Assembly (NCBI RefSeq): GCF_009914755.1
Contig: NC_060940.1
Origin: the human T2T-CHM13v2.0 reference genome, Homo sapiens
Reading direction: 5' to 3' (one strand)
Length of the DNA stretch: 64,000 bases
Each line of letters starts with the position of its first letter. The first letter of the stretch is position 1. A model generated the notes under the pieces. It was not told the DNA's origin. It did not search any database and worked only from the letters and a program-made list of their open reading frames with translations. Made by a program: the position numbers and the translations under genes. Positions 47,858-64,000 of the stretch are shown here, one piece after another.

Positions 47858-48109
47858 CTATGGGTTTAATGCATCCTGCAAACATTTTTTTTTTCCTGAA
47901 TTTCCTCTCATTCAAAAACTGTGGATCCCAAATGATGCCGGCCAAGGGCGTGGTGAAGGCAAATTGGTTTTTCTTTAACCCTTGAAAGCCTGCTGGAGGC
48001 ACCTGAGCTATGAGTGGTCACCCGATATGGAAGAGGACCAAGAGGATGGGTTTACTGTGGTGCTGGGGAGGGGATAGTAGCAGAGAACGTAGGAGTTGCT
48101 GGTCATTCT

Positions 48110-48277
48110 AGTGGTGATGGAAGGGATGGTGATGGTGGTACTGGGCTTGGTGGTGTAGAATTGTGGTGATAATGAAAGTGGTGGTGGTGATGGTGGTAAT
48201 ACTGGTGGTGGTGACATTGGTGGTGGTGGTGATGGTGGTGATACTGGTGATGGTGGTGATGGTGGTGGCGCTGGTGA
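48110..48277. repeat. Degenerate (TGG/TGA)n
   Basis: Direct reading. Confidence 0.85.
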
Positions 48278-48391
48278 CCCTGACATGGGGTCCAGTAGCA
48301 GTGACAGTGGATGCAGGCTCCTGGTGACTGAGGAGCATCTCAGGCTGAGGAGGCACCTCTGATCACCGCCACTGCTCCTTACCCCCTACAG

Positions 48392-48475
48392 CCTCTCAGC
48401 AAACCTGCTGGGCGACAGCGGACTCAGATGCCTTCTGGAATGTCTGCCGCAGGTGCCCATCTCCGGTTTGCTTGA
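48392..48475 (+). CDS. NLRC5: NLRC5 LRR exon
   Basis: LSANLLGDSGLRCLLECLPQVPISGLL; 84 nt. Confidence 0.95.
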   Translation, partial: PLSKPAGRQRTQMPSGMSAAGAHLRFA

Positions 48476-49298
48476 GTAAGTGGAAAGCAGCATAAAGGAC
48501 AGATAGCAAGGAGGAAGGCTCCCCTAGGCCAAAAGCATGATGGGGGCTCCTTCTGAGGGCATCCCCCAGAGCACCAGAGGACAAGGACTGTGGAGGGCAA
48601 GGGGCAATTCTTCCCTTGCCTTCACTCCCCTGGCCTTGGGTCCTTTCCTCTGTCCCTCACACCCACCATGGGCAGATCCTCCACCAAACACCCAAGAGAG
48701 GCTGTGATTCGTGGCAGGGTGACACACCCCTACAGCCAAACTGACCTGGGGACAGGGAAGCAACATTCCATCCCCAACCAGCTGATGCGGGATTGCAGCT
48801 GCCTGGCTCCTGGTCCATCCTGTCCCTGAAATTCTTCTGACCCAATCTGTGGAACATAAATGTGGAGATGTCCCTGCGGCAGGCAAGGGGCCTTAGGAAG
48901 TCATCCACATGGTTGCCCCATCTCTCCCGTGACCCGCTGGAGTGACAGCCAGCTCCAGGACACCACTTGTTGCTAGGCAACTGAGCTTCGTGCTCGGGAG
49001 TCCTTGACCCATGCGGGGCTAGAGCTGCCAGCCTGGCCTTGCCAGTGCCCAGACCCCAGACCACAGGGGCAGCGGGCAGGGTGAGTGCAGCGCTCAAGGA
49101 CTCAGGGTCTGGTGCCAGTTCTGCCTGTGTGGGGATGGTATCCTTCTGGGCCTCAGTGTGTCCATCTGGAGAATAGATGCTTAGACATGGAGGCTTCTCT
49201 TCTTGGAAATGACAGCTGGAAGGGAGATGGAGGGGGCTGGGCAGGGCTCCAAGGAGGTCCTGCCCTCACTCCCATTCTCATCTCCATTTCCCTTCTAG

Positions 49299-49388
49299 TC
49301 TGAGTCACAACAGCATTTCTCAGGAAAGTGCCCTGTACCTGCTGGAGACACTGCCCTCCTGCCCACGTGTCCGGGAGGCCTCAGTGAA
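49299..49388 (+). CDS. NLRC5: NLRC5 LRR exon
   Basis: LSHNSISQESALYLLETLPSCPRVREASV; 90 nt. Confidence 0.95.
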
Positions 49389-49793
49389 GTAAGGGGATGT
49401 TGGTCCCCGAAAAGCCCCTTTCTGCTGGCCAACAGGTGCCCCTGGCTGATGATGGGAGAAGCAAGGCACCCACACTTTGTGGCCTTCCATCTGGGTGGCT
49501 TGGAGCAACCTCTGCCTTTCTCTGAATCTCAGGGTTTCCTGGGCATGGGATCATAATTTCTATCCCCTGATGCCCGGGTGCCATGGGGACCATGGAGGCC
49601 ATGGGGTGGGAAGGCCAGGTATTGCCATGCTCACAGAATGAGTTTGGGGGTCTCCTCTGGTTCTGAGGCCTCCATCCTCCCTTGTCCTTGTGGGTGCAGC
49701 CCCGCTTCCCTCTCTGTGCCCTGTGGGTGCCCTAGGTGCCTAGGAAGCTGGCATGTCTGGGCACCGTGCTTCCCCAGGCCCTTCTCTCTGCAG

Positions 49794-49859
49794 CCTGGGC
49801 TCTGAGCAGAGCTTCCGGATTCACTTCTCCAGAGAGGACCAGGCTGGGAAGACACTCAG
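49794..49859 (+). CDS. NLRC5: NLRC5 exon
   Basis: LGSEQSFRIHFSREDQAGKTL; 66 nt. Confidence 0.93.
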
Positions 49860-50349
49860 GTAATCCCTGCAGGGTGATGGGACAGGGGACAGAGAGGGGA
49901 GAGGAGGCTGACCCTATGGCGGCCTCCATGGCCCCCTCTTCCCTGGGCCCTCTCCTCCTTTAGAGAGCAGCTTCAAGCTCACTGCCTGGGTCTGTTCCTC
50001 CAGATCTGCCCCCGATGCCCTGGTAACTCCAGTCTCAGCCAGGGCCTTGGCATTGAACTTGTGCCTCTTAGCCCACCATCCTAAGCCCAACTCAGCCCAA
50101 CATTCTCTTCCTTGCCATGTCCTGACTACAGGCCTTGAGGCTTCTGAGTGTCACGGTTAAAGATTTTGAAGCCAACTGAAAATAAATCCCTGATCTGCCA
50201 CTTACCAGCTATGTGGCCCTGGACAAGTAAAATGGGGATAATAACACAACCTACCCCTTAGGGTTATTGTGAGGATTAAATGAGTTAATAAGTATAAAGT
50301 GCCAGGAAAAGGTCTGGCTCATGGGAGTGCTGTCAGCAGTTATTGTAAC

Positions 50350-50351
<2 letters not shown>

Positions 50352-50385
<34 letters not shown>

Positions 50386-50985
50386 CATTATCATTACCCC
50401 TGGTAGCCCTGACTCACTGCCACGGCCAGTTCCTTTACATGTCTTACTTCAGCTGTGAACAGGGCCTCCAAACTGATCCCTGCATCTTATCAGGCCTCCT
50501 CCCCTCCATTCACTCCACAGCCCCCAGAGGGATCTTCACAACACACATCTGACAGTGCCCCTCTGCTACTCTGTGCCCCTCAGTGGCTCCCCATTAACCC
50601 CAGGGTGAAGTTCAAAGTCCCTAGCATCTTCTCCCTCACAGTCTGATCCAACTGTCACCTTCCACCATGTTCCTTCCCACCTCCCCCACACCACACACAC
50701 ACTCTACACACCAACCCATATACCACATATACACCAAGCACACCCAAACACACCACACAGCATGCAGCACACACAACACACGCACACCACACAGCACACA
50801 CAACACACAAACGCACCACATACCATACACATACCACATACACACACATACACCACACACACCACACAATACACACACCCCACAAAAACAAACCCCCCAC
50901 ATACATACCTGGCACATTACAAATACAGCACACACACCACATAATACCTACAAATACCACATACACAACACACACACACACACAC
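50352..50985. repeat. (TTA)n at 50352-50396 and degenerate (CA)n at 50687-50985
   Basis: Direct reading. Confidence 0.9.
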
Positions 50986-51774
50986 AGTTCAGCCATAACC
51001 TTCACTATTTGCTCCTAGATCAAGCCCTGCCTGAAGATTCTCTGCCTCTGCTCACACCGCACTCAGCTCAACATTCTCTTCCTTGCCTTTTCTGAGATAA
51101 AATTCTCCCAATCCTTTAACACCCAGCTCAAACATCAGCCCCTCCTGGAAGTATCCCAGCAGCCCTGCCTCATCAGAGTGAACTGCCCCAAGGTTCACTG
51201 GGCCCTTTCACTTGGCTGGGCCCGTCTGCTGGCCACCCAGGGCTGAGATGCCTGGACAGCAGAGCCCCACGGAGAATCCCAGGCACACCTCCCTCCCCAG
51301 GGAGCTCAGCCAGTGCTGGTCCGGGAGAGTAAGGCAGTGGTTAAGAGCTTGGGGTCTGCAGTCAGACTGACCTGGATGGAAACCAGATTCTGCCCTTCTT
51401 TCTTATCTGCTGTGTGTCCTTGGGTTAGTCAGTTTCCCCACCTCTAATTGGTGCTATGAGAATTAAAGGAGACCCTGCGGGTAAGGCAGGAAGTCCCATG
51501 CACCCAGAGGCTGGCACAGTGCCTGACCTAGAGTCAGCCTCCCTAAATAACTTACTCCTAATACTTTCTTACAGGGGGTGTGGGAGGTTCCTCCCCAAAG
51601 AGACAGGAAGCTCCCAGAGCAGGAGCTGCATATTTGGCCTCTCAGGCCCTGCTCCAGGCCTTTGCCCTCAGAGGTGGGATGCTCCCCCAATAGGCCCTCA
51701 GGGAGGCTGAGATGAAGCTGAGCAGCAGTGCCCACAGGCCTCACCCAGGCTCTGCCCTGGCTTTCTGCCCTCAG

Positions 51775-51858
51775 GCTAAGTGAGTGCAGCTTCCGGCCAG
51801 AGCACGTGTCCAGGCTGGCCACCGGCTTGAGCAAGTCCCTGCAGCTGACGGAGCTCAC
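51775..51858 (+). CDS. NLRC5: NLRC5 LRR exon
   Basis: LSECSFRPEHVSRLATGLSKSLQLTEL; 84 nt. Confidence 0.95.
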
Positions 51859-51944
51859 GTGAGTGACCCACCCAGCCCGTGAGGACAGCAGAGGGGTGGG
51901 GGCACCCTGCCAGAGCCACCTCAGTGACTGACCTCTGTCTCCAG

Positions 51945-52028
51945 GCTGACCCAGTGCTGCCTGGGCCAGAAGCAGCTGGCCATCCTCCTGAGCTTGGTGG
52001 GGCGACCCGCAGGGCTGTTCAGCCTCAG
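51945..52028 (+). CDS. NLRC5: NLRC5 LRR exon
   Basis: LTQCCLGQKQLAILLSLVGRPAGLFSL; 84 nt; preceded by an 86-nt intron. Confidence 0.95.
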
Positions 52029-52329
52029 GTACCTCCTCCCCCGCTGCCTCCGGGAGGGGCCATGGCATGAATGGGAGCAGGGGTGGGCACTGGAGTAAGA
52101 GGCCCCCAGGATCATGGCCCCAGTCATTTCCTGTACCCACAACCCTGCCATCTGGACCCTGAGCAAACCCTGTCCATCTGTCCCAGAGACTCCACAAGGC
52201 ACACAGAGAAACTGTCCTTCCCCACACTGGAGGCCTGTGCTTTGGGATTTAAGAAAAAAAGAAAGAAAGAAAGAAAGAAGGTTTCAGAGGATACTGAACT
52301 GAGGACAAAAATAAACTGAAACGAAGTTC

Positions 52330-55298
<2,969 letters not shown>

Positions 55299-55538
55299 TT
55301 AAAAAATAATATTTTCTGTTTGGATTGTCACAACAATAGTTGTTGGAATAAGGGTGATGTTAATTTCCTTTTTTAGATTGATGCCTACTTGTATAACTTT
55401 ATAGTTTTAAAATGAGCAAAAAAAACTCAAAAAGCCTCTAGGTCCCCCCCTTGACACTCCTCCCCCGGCCCCGTCATGTGTGCTGATTGTCTGCTGCTCA
55501 CCTTGGGGGGGCCTTATCTGTGTCCCCTTCTGTGACAG

Positions 55539-55625
55539 GGTGCAGGAGCCGTGGGCGGACAGAGCCAGGGTTCTCTCCCTGTTAGAAGTCTGCGCCCAGG
55601 CCTCAGGCAGTGTCACTGAAATCAG
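55539..55625 (+). CDS. NLRC5: NLRC5 LRR exon
   Basis: VQEPWADRARVLSLLEVCAQASGSVTEI; 87 nt. Confidence 0.93.
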
Positions 55626-56481
55626 GTGAGTCCAGAGAAGAGGCCCCTTTGGAATTCTTCATCTTTCATAAGCATTGGGACTTTTCCTTGACCTTCCCTC
55701 ATCCTGTGGGGTAATAGCTGTGTCACCAGCTAGTTCTCCATGTCCCCAGGGTAGCAGGAGCTCCTGGGGCATATGTGAGGGGCTACACATTTGTTGGGAC
55801 TAGTGCAGTAGTCAAGCCACAGTGTCAGAGGAAGACATCCCCAGAATCAAAACAAAGGGCTATTGGATCCAGGCAGACATGGCTGGGAGTCCACGCTGGT
55901 TGCTTGGAAGTGGCCCCCCAGATGCAGTAACACACATTATGGCTCTTCAACCAGAAATAACACAATGACACACAGAGTAGCTTATAGCAAAGGTTTTAGC
56001 ATCCCACTCAGCTATGTTCAGATCCCAACTCAGTCACTTACTGGTTGGAGCCCATTACTGTGTCTCTCTGACCTCAACCTCCTGCTCTTAAAAGAGTCTA
56101 ATTATGGCCCTTTGCAGGGCTGGGAGGATTACAAGAACTGGAGCCTGTAAAGATGTCTGCTGTACTGTCACCAGCCACACAGCCTGCCCTGCTTCTTCCT
56201 TCTCTCCTCCAGGAGTGAGCAAGGGGATGCTCTGGGGACTTTATAATCTCCCATAGCCCTCTCCCCATAAGCACCCCATGAACATAACATTCAAGTGAAG
56301 GCAGTGAGCTTAGAGCGCAAATGCAGACTCCAGACACATCCCCTACCCCACCCTTCCACCACACTGTGGTCCTTGTGCCCCTCCCTCAGAAAATTCTGGA
56401 ACTGCCCTTGGATCCCTCTAATGGCTTTCTGTCATGGTCTGAAAAGGCTTATCAACTTATTAACTTTAAATTGTTGAAAAG

Positions 56482-56658
56482 GGCCAGGCGCGGTGGCTCA
56501 CGCCTGTAACCCCAGCACTTTGGGAGGCCGAGGCAGGAGGATCACTGAAGCCCAGAGTTCAAGGCTGCAGTGAGCTATGATCGTGCCCACCACTGCACTT
56601 CAGCCTGGGCTACAGAGCAAGACCCTGTCTCTTTAAAAAAAAAAAAAAAGAAAGAGAA
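56482..56658 (+). mobile_element. Monomeric Alu (FAM/FRAM-like)
   Basis: Single arm with A tail; TSD AAATTGTTGAAAAG. Confidence 0.8.
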
Positions 56659-56860
56659 AAATTGTTGAAAAGGCACTACTTGGGGTATTGTGTGTGACTC
56701 ACGGAAGCACCTACTTTCCAGTCCTAAGCTGGTCCCTGGCAGGGGAGAAGGGGACCCAGGCAAAGTGAGAGTTCAGAGTTGGAGCCGGGCAGCCCAGGTG
56801 CCAGCTAGGCCCTCCGGGGAAGGCTGCCCGACCTCACGTTGGTTACTGCTCACTCCTCAG

Positions 56861-56941
56861 CATCTCCGAGACCCAGCAGCAGCTCTGTGTCCAGCTGGAA
56901 TTTCCTCGCCAGGAAGAGAATCCAGAAGCTGTGGCACTCAG
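56861..56941 (+). CDS. NLRC5: NLRC5 exon
   Basis: ISETQQQLCVQLEFPRQEENPEAVAL; 81 nt. Confidence 0.93.
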
Positions 56942-57713
56942 GTGGGACCCAGCACCAGGGACCCCAAGGCAGGGGCTGGTGTTGGGGAGGGGGCAGGGCT
57001 GCTTCTGACCAATATTCACCACCCTGCCCAGAGACCTTAGGGGTTCGAAGTCTTTACACAGGCTACAGAGGTCTGACCAACCCACTTCTGAGGCGTTTCA
57101 GCCCCACTCCAGGCCCCAGTCTCAGCTCCAGTCACCCCCATGAACTTTCAGTTCCCCGAACACCATCTTGCTTAGACCTTAGGGCATTTGCACAGGCTGT
57201 GCTCTCTGCCCAGAATGTTCTCTTCACGCCTACCTGCTTCACCTGCCTAACTCCTCCTCATCCCTCAGGTCTCAGCTTAAATGCCACCACCTCAGGGAGG
57301 CCCCCTGGACCCCAAGGCTTAGTCAAACACTTCCATTATCCACTCTTATAGATCCCTGGATTCACAGCACCTCTAAATCCATATGGCACAGTTTGGGAAA
57401 TTAAAATGTCACCCTTTTGAGTGGATGCAGCCCTGCATGTGTACATTCTGGGAAATAGAGCATGGTAGGATCTCAGCCTCACCTCACCTCCTCGGCTGTG
57501 TGTCCTTGTGCGGTGAACAACCTGCACAACCATACCAGCTGCCCCATCTGGACTCCTGCTTCCTAGCACTTCTCATAAGTGAATAGCAAACTGTAGGACT
57601 TCATTTGATCAGCATTTATTTACCCCTACACCATAAGCTCCTTGCAGGCAGATACTGAATCCCACATACTGGACTAGATGTTCCAAAACTGTCGTCTCCC
57701 TGTCTGTGTCCAG

Positions 57714-57797
57714 GTTGGCTCACTGTGACCTTGGAGCCCACCACAGCCTTCTTGCCGGGCAGCTGATGGAGACATGTGCCAGGCTGCGGCAGCTCAG
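57714..57797 (+). CDS. NLRC5: NLRC5 LRR exon
   Basis: LAHCDLGAHHSLLAGQLMETCARLRQL; 84 nt. Confidence 0.95.
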
Positions 57798-58062
57798 GTC
57801 AGCGCCTGGAAACTCTGTGTGGGGCCCTGAGTTCTCTGGTTGACCCTGGTACCTACTCCAGGCCATGTGTGACCCTGGCATTCTCACTTCCTTGTGCAGG
57901 AGAAAATCACACTTGGCCAGTGGAGGGGAGGGAGAGCCCCAGGGTGGCTCAGGGGAGCTCTTGGGTAGCCCCTTCTCCTCTCTTGGCACCCCCTTCTGGA
58001 TGTGATGACCTCTGAGGTGTGTCCAGCCTGAAATCCTCTAGAATATCCTTGGACCTTTTCAG

Positions 58063-58155
58063 CTTGTCTCAGGTTAACCTCTGTGAGGACGATGATGCCA
58101 GTTCCCTGCTGCTGCAGAGCCTCCTGCTGTCCCTCTCTGAGCTGAAGACATTTCG
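58063..58155 (+). CDS. NLRC5: NLRC5 LRR exon
   Basis: LSQVNLCEDDDASSLLLQSLLLSLSELKTF; 93 nt. Confidence 0.94.
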
Positions 58156-58369
58156 GTATGTAGACAAGACATTCACTCAGTCCCCTTTGCAGCTCTGCCC
58201 TGCCCTGACACCTCCCGTTATTCCCAGCCCTGGGCTCAGAGGACTCTTACTCTGTGTCTTACTCTGTGGACACAAACCACAGGTGGCCCTGGAGATGATT
58301 TTTAGGGGTACCTAGTCGTAAACATGACCTTAGGAACATTGAGCCACATGGCAAGAAAGTTGTTCCCTT

Positions 58370-59790
<1,421 letters not shown>

Positions 59791-60163
59791 TTTAAAAAGG
59801 AAGAAACTCTTTAGGACAGAGAGATCTTTGACACTTCTTCAGTATTTGCTTTAAAGATGCAGAGTTTGTAATAAACAACAGTAACTAGCTAAACTACAGT
59901 GATACCTAATCCTGGCTTAAGTTGTGAAGTTGCTACCTGAATGACTGCGGTTTAGGAAATACTGAACTAGTCCATGCTTCTGCTTCCAAGCTCTATGGTG
60001 GCTTAATGAGTTCATGGTGGAAGAGATTTACGAAGGGAAGGAGGTCTCCTCACATTGCCCGCCACATCCCTACCCCACATCCTTGCCCTCTGCCACCAGC
60101 ATTCAGAGCTCCCAAGACCCAGGGCGGCTCCTGCCTGACCTGTTGCCCTTTGACCCCCACCAG

Positions 60164-60247
60164 GCTGACCTCCAGCTGTGTGAGCACCGAGGGCCTCGCC
60201 CACCTGGCATCTGGTCTGGGCCACTGCCACCACTTGGAGGAGCTGGA
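60164..60247 (+). CDS. NLRC5: NLRC5 LRR exon
   Basis: LTSSCVSTEGLAHLASGLGHCHHLEEL; 84 nt. Confidence 0.95.
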
Positions 60248-60864
60248 GTGAGTTGCAGAGTGGAGGGATCGGGGACAAGTGGCCCAGCTGAGGGTGAGGG
60301 GTGGAGAAGAGAGCAGGGCGTTTGGGAGGGCAGGCAATGAGACTTCAACCAATGACCCTTCCCCTGATGAAGTGCAGCAGTTCTGGGTGTGGCCTGGGGA
60401 AGGAAGAGCACCACAGTTTTGGTCTGAATTTCGCCACTGACTCACAGAGGGGCTGTGGGCATGGCTGTTCCACTCTGGGCTTTGATTGCCTTATCTATGA
60501 AAATGGGGCTCATGAGCCTTGCTCTGCTGGGCTGGCTGTGGGAGTCAGGCTACGGAGAGGGCTGAAGAACAAGAGGGTGTGTGTGTGTGTGTGTGTGTCC
60601 CTAGTCCCCCAGCTTCCTCTCTGCAGCCTTCATCCAGGGCATAGTTTCTCAGCTGGGCCAGCTGTGACTATCATGCCTACCCAGAGCCTGAGCCCTGGAG
60701 CTAGGGATACCCATGGGGAACCTGGACAGCGAGGGTGGCCCAGGGCATGCAGATGCAGAGTTGGCCTCCCAGGGGACAGAGCAGGAGAGGGGAGCTGACA
60801 GGACAGCTCAGCTCCAGGGCTGGGCAGGCTGCGCTAACCCTTGCCTCTGCCTGGTCTTCTGCAG

Positions 60865-60948
60865 CTTGTCTAACAATCAATTTGATGAGGAGGGCACCAA
60901 GGCGCTGATGAGGGCCCTTGAGGGGAAATGGATGCTAAAGAGGCTGGA
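60865..60948 (+). CDS. NLRC5: NLRC5 LRR exon (last in window)
   Basis: LSNNQFDEEGTKALMRALEGKWMLKRL; 84 nt. Confidence 0.95.
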
Positions 60949-62117
60949 GTAAGTAGTGATGGTGGTTGTGGGTGAGTGAGTGGTGGGGGTGGTTAATGGA
61001 TGGTGGAAGTGGGTGAGTGGTGGGGTTGGTTAATGGATGGTGGAAGTGGGTGAGTGGTGGGGTTGGTTAATGGGGAATGGGGTGAGTGAGTGGTGGGAGT
61101 GGTTAATGGGGAATGGGCTGAGTGAGTGGTGGGAGTGGTTAATGGGGAATGGGCTGAGTGAGTGGTGATGGTGGTTAATGGGGAAGGGTGTGAGAGTGGT
61201 GATGGTGGTTAATGGGGAAGGGGGTGAGTGAGTGGTGATGGTGGTTAATGGGGAAGTGTTGTGAGTGAGTTGTGTTGGTGGTTAATGGGGAAGGGGATGA
61301 GTGAGTGGTGATGGTGGTTAATGGGGAAGGGTTGTGAGTGAGTGGTGTTGGTGGTTAATGGGGAAGGGGGTGAGTGAGTGGTGGGGTTGGTTAATGGGGA
61401 AGTGTTGTGAGTGAGTGGTGATGGTGATTAATGGGGAAGGGTTGTGAGTGAGTGGCGTTGGTGGTTAATGGGGAAGGGAGGGAGTGAGTGATGATGGTGG
61501 TTAATGGGGAAGGGTTGTGAGTGAGTTGTGGGGTTGGTTAATGGGGAAGCGTTGTGAGTGAGTGGTGATGGTTGGTTAATGGGGAAGGGTTGTGAGTGAG
61601 TGGTGATGGTGGTTAATGGGGAAGGGGGTGAGTGAGTGGTGTTGGTGGTTAATGGGGAAGTGTTGTGAGTGAGTGGTGATGGTGGTTAATGGGGAAGGGT
61701 TGTGAGTGAGTGGTGTTGGTGGTTAATGGGGAAGGGGGTGAGTGAGCGATGATGGTGGTTAATGGGGAAGGGTTGTGAGTGAGTGGTGGGGTTGGTTAAC
61801 GGGGAAGGGGGTGAGTGAGTGGTGGTGGTGGTTAATGGGGAAGGGGGTGAGTGAGTGGTGTTGGTGGTTAATGGGGAAGGGGGTGGGTGAGTGGTGATGG
61901 TGGTTAATGGGAAGGGAGTGAGTGGTGATGGTGGTTAATGGGGAAGGGTTGTGAGTGAGTGGTGATGGTGGTTAATGGGGAAGGGGGTGAGTAAGGGGTG
62001 GGGGTGGTTAATAGGGAAGAGTTGTGAGTGAGTGGTGGGGTTGGTTAATGGGGAAGGGGGTGAGTGAGGGATGACAGTGGTTAATGGGGAAAGGAGTGAG
62101 TGAGGGGTGATGGTGCT
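60949..62117. repeat. G/T-rich VNTR, 36-37-bp unit GTGAGTGAGTGGTGATGGTGGTTAATGGGGAAGGG(TT), ~30 copies
   Basis: Direct reading; starts at the exon donor. Confidence 0.95.
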
Positions 62118-63749
62118 TAGTGCTGCATGGTCAGTGAGTAGCATGCCTAGGAACCTTTGCATGTTTTGTGAACACAAACCGCCGTGTTTCTGGATGGACC
62201 CAGGTGAGCTGAATGCCCTTACATGACCTTTTACTTTCTATTCTGGATCTCAGTGCCAGCAAGAACCTTGGTCATAGGAAACAGAATACACAACTCAAAG
62301 CAATCCAAGACAGAAATATATTGGCTTATGTCATGGAAAATTACGAGGCCAATGACTTCAGGCACAGCTGGATCCAGGGGTTCTGTATTTGTCAGGCTTC
62401 TCTCTCACACACTTCACTCTGGCCCTTACTCTTTCTCTGTCCACCTTGGCTTCCTTCTCAGGCAGGCCATCCCTGCACCTGCAGGCTTACTTTCTCTCAG
62501 CTTAGTGGAAAGGGAGTACCATTCTCTCTGTGGTTACAACAAAAGGTCCTAGACTGAGTCTCACTGGACTAGCTTGAGTCACCTGCCCCACCCTAAAGCA
62601 ATCACTGTGGCTGTGAGCACAAAATATTCTCCTCACTGGCCAGACCTGGGCGCATGCACACCCTATCTTCTGGACTTAGAGGGGTGGTATTTCAGGATGT
62701 GAGTAACAGAAGAGGAAAGAAACTCTGGGCAGAAAAAAATCTACAGATGTCCACTACATTTGTCTACAGTTGTTTCCTTGGTAACTGGCAGCTTTTACTA
62801 CTCTCCCCCATAATTTGAAGTCATCAAATTCTTAGAAATGCCAGAAACAGCCTCAGTCTAAAAGACAGGTCCCCGTCCTGCACAGATTCCTGTTTAGACA
62901 GGAATTTCTGGACAGAAAATTTAACAGAATATCTTCTGCTTTTCATCTCTTAACTTTTTCTGATGACCAAAAATACACAGTGGCTATAAAAAGTTCCATC
63001 TTTCTAGAAATATGTAACAAATAACATGAAATGCCCCGGGGATGACACCCCCTGAGAAAACTTCTGTTGAACGGTTTGTGAATTTTTCTCCAGATTTTTT
63101 TTTCTACATATGTTTTGAATTCAGCTTGAAAGTAGCCTTTTGACTTTTTGCCCCTTAACATTGAAATTCTTCCGCTTGTCCCTCTTTGCTTGTCCTGGGG
63201 AGAGGATCAGGTAAAAGGAGAAGAGGGATTACAGAGACCTTTGACCACAGGGCCCTCCTGTTGTCTCACTGGTCTGTTTCTTTGCCCACTGTCCATGTAC
63301 CTGCATCTCGGCTCAGCCTTCTGGAAGCTTTTATTTAGGGGATTGGAGGCCCAGTGAGGTCATTCATTGGCTCATTCATGCATTCGACAAATATGTACTG
63401 AGCTGGGCACCTGGGCCGGGGACAGGACAGATTCATCCATGCCCCTGGGGGCCTTTTTCTTCCTCCTGATTTCCCAGGCACCATGTGCTGCTCCTTACGT
63501 CCTGCTGCCTTAGTTGCCCTATCTGTAAACTGGGCATAATATCTTCCCTGTCCGAAGGAAGGGGATGGATCGTCAGTGCCCGGAGGTCTCTTCCCATCTC
63601 AGATCTGTCATTTCCAAGTGTAACTCCCCACAGGCAGTTACCCTCAAATCCAGTCAGCTTCTTCCAGCTGTATACCTGTGATGGAGTGGGTAGGAGCATG
63701 GACCCTAGTTAGGAGCCTCACTGCCTGGGTTCAACTCTGGGTGGGGTAA

Positions 63750-64000
<251 letters not shown>

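Noticed and set aside
57152-57160. TTCCCCGAA GAS match, and other TTCNNNGAA hits (11483, 28345)
   Set aside because: Isolated 9-mers expected by chance in 64 kb; 57152 lies in L2-like sequence
60949-62117. CRISPR-like periodicity of ~36 bp
   Set aside because: Head-to-tail tandem units with no unique spacers, in human DNA with no cas genes

Overview
Human genomic DNA (Alu-dense, no prokaryotic features) covering most of NLRC5 (NOD27/CITA, MHC class I transactivator) on the + strand. I read one non-coding 5' exon (7412-7526) and 36 coding exons (11052-60948, codons 1-~1556); every junction is GT-AG and in frame. The upstream promoter/first exon and the last LRR exons lie outside the window. 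The upstream intron holds an antisense processed CFAP69 pseudogene. The rest is Alu, L1, MaLR LTR, hAT transposon and simple-repeat DNA. Most notable: (1) the CFAP69 retrocopy looks like a fossil of an LTR-initiated transcript, with a THE1-type LTR exon joined at its splice donor to CFAP69 coding sequence and a 3' end just inside an intron; (2) NLRC5 splice sites are repeatedly duplicated: a ~1.2 kb VNTR grown from a donor, a C-rich VNTR of acceptor-like units, and 71-nt and 16-nt duplicated acceptors whose upstream copies give premature stops; (3) three uORFs, one overlapping the main ATG; (4) a six-fold exon super-repeat in the LRR region; (5) five missense differences from the reference protein as I recall it. 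Family, consensus and reference comparisons are from memory, not searches; repeat boundaries are approximate.
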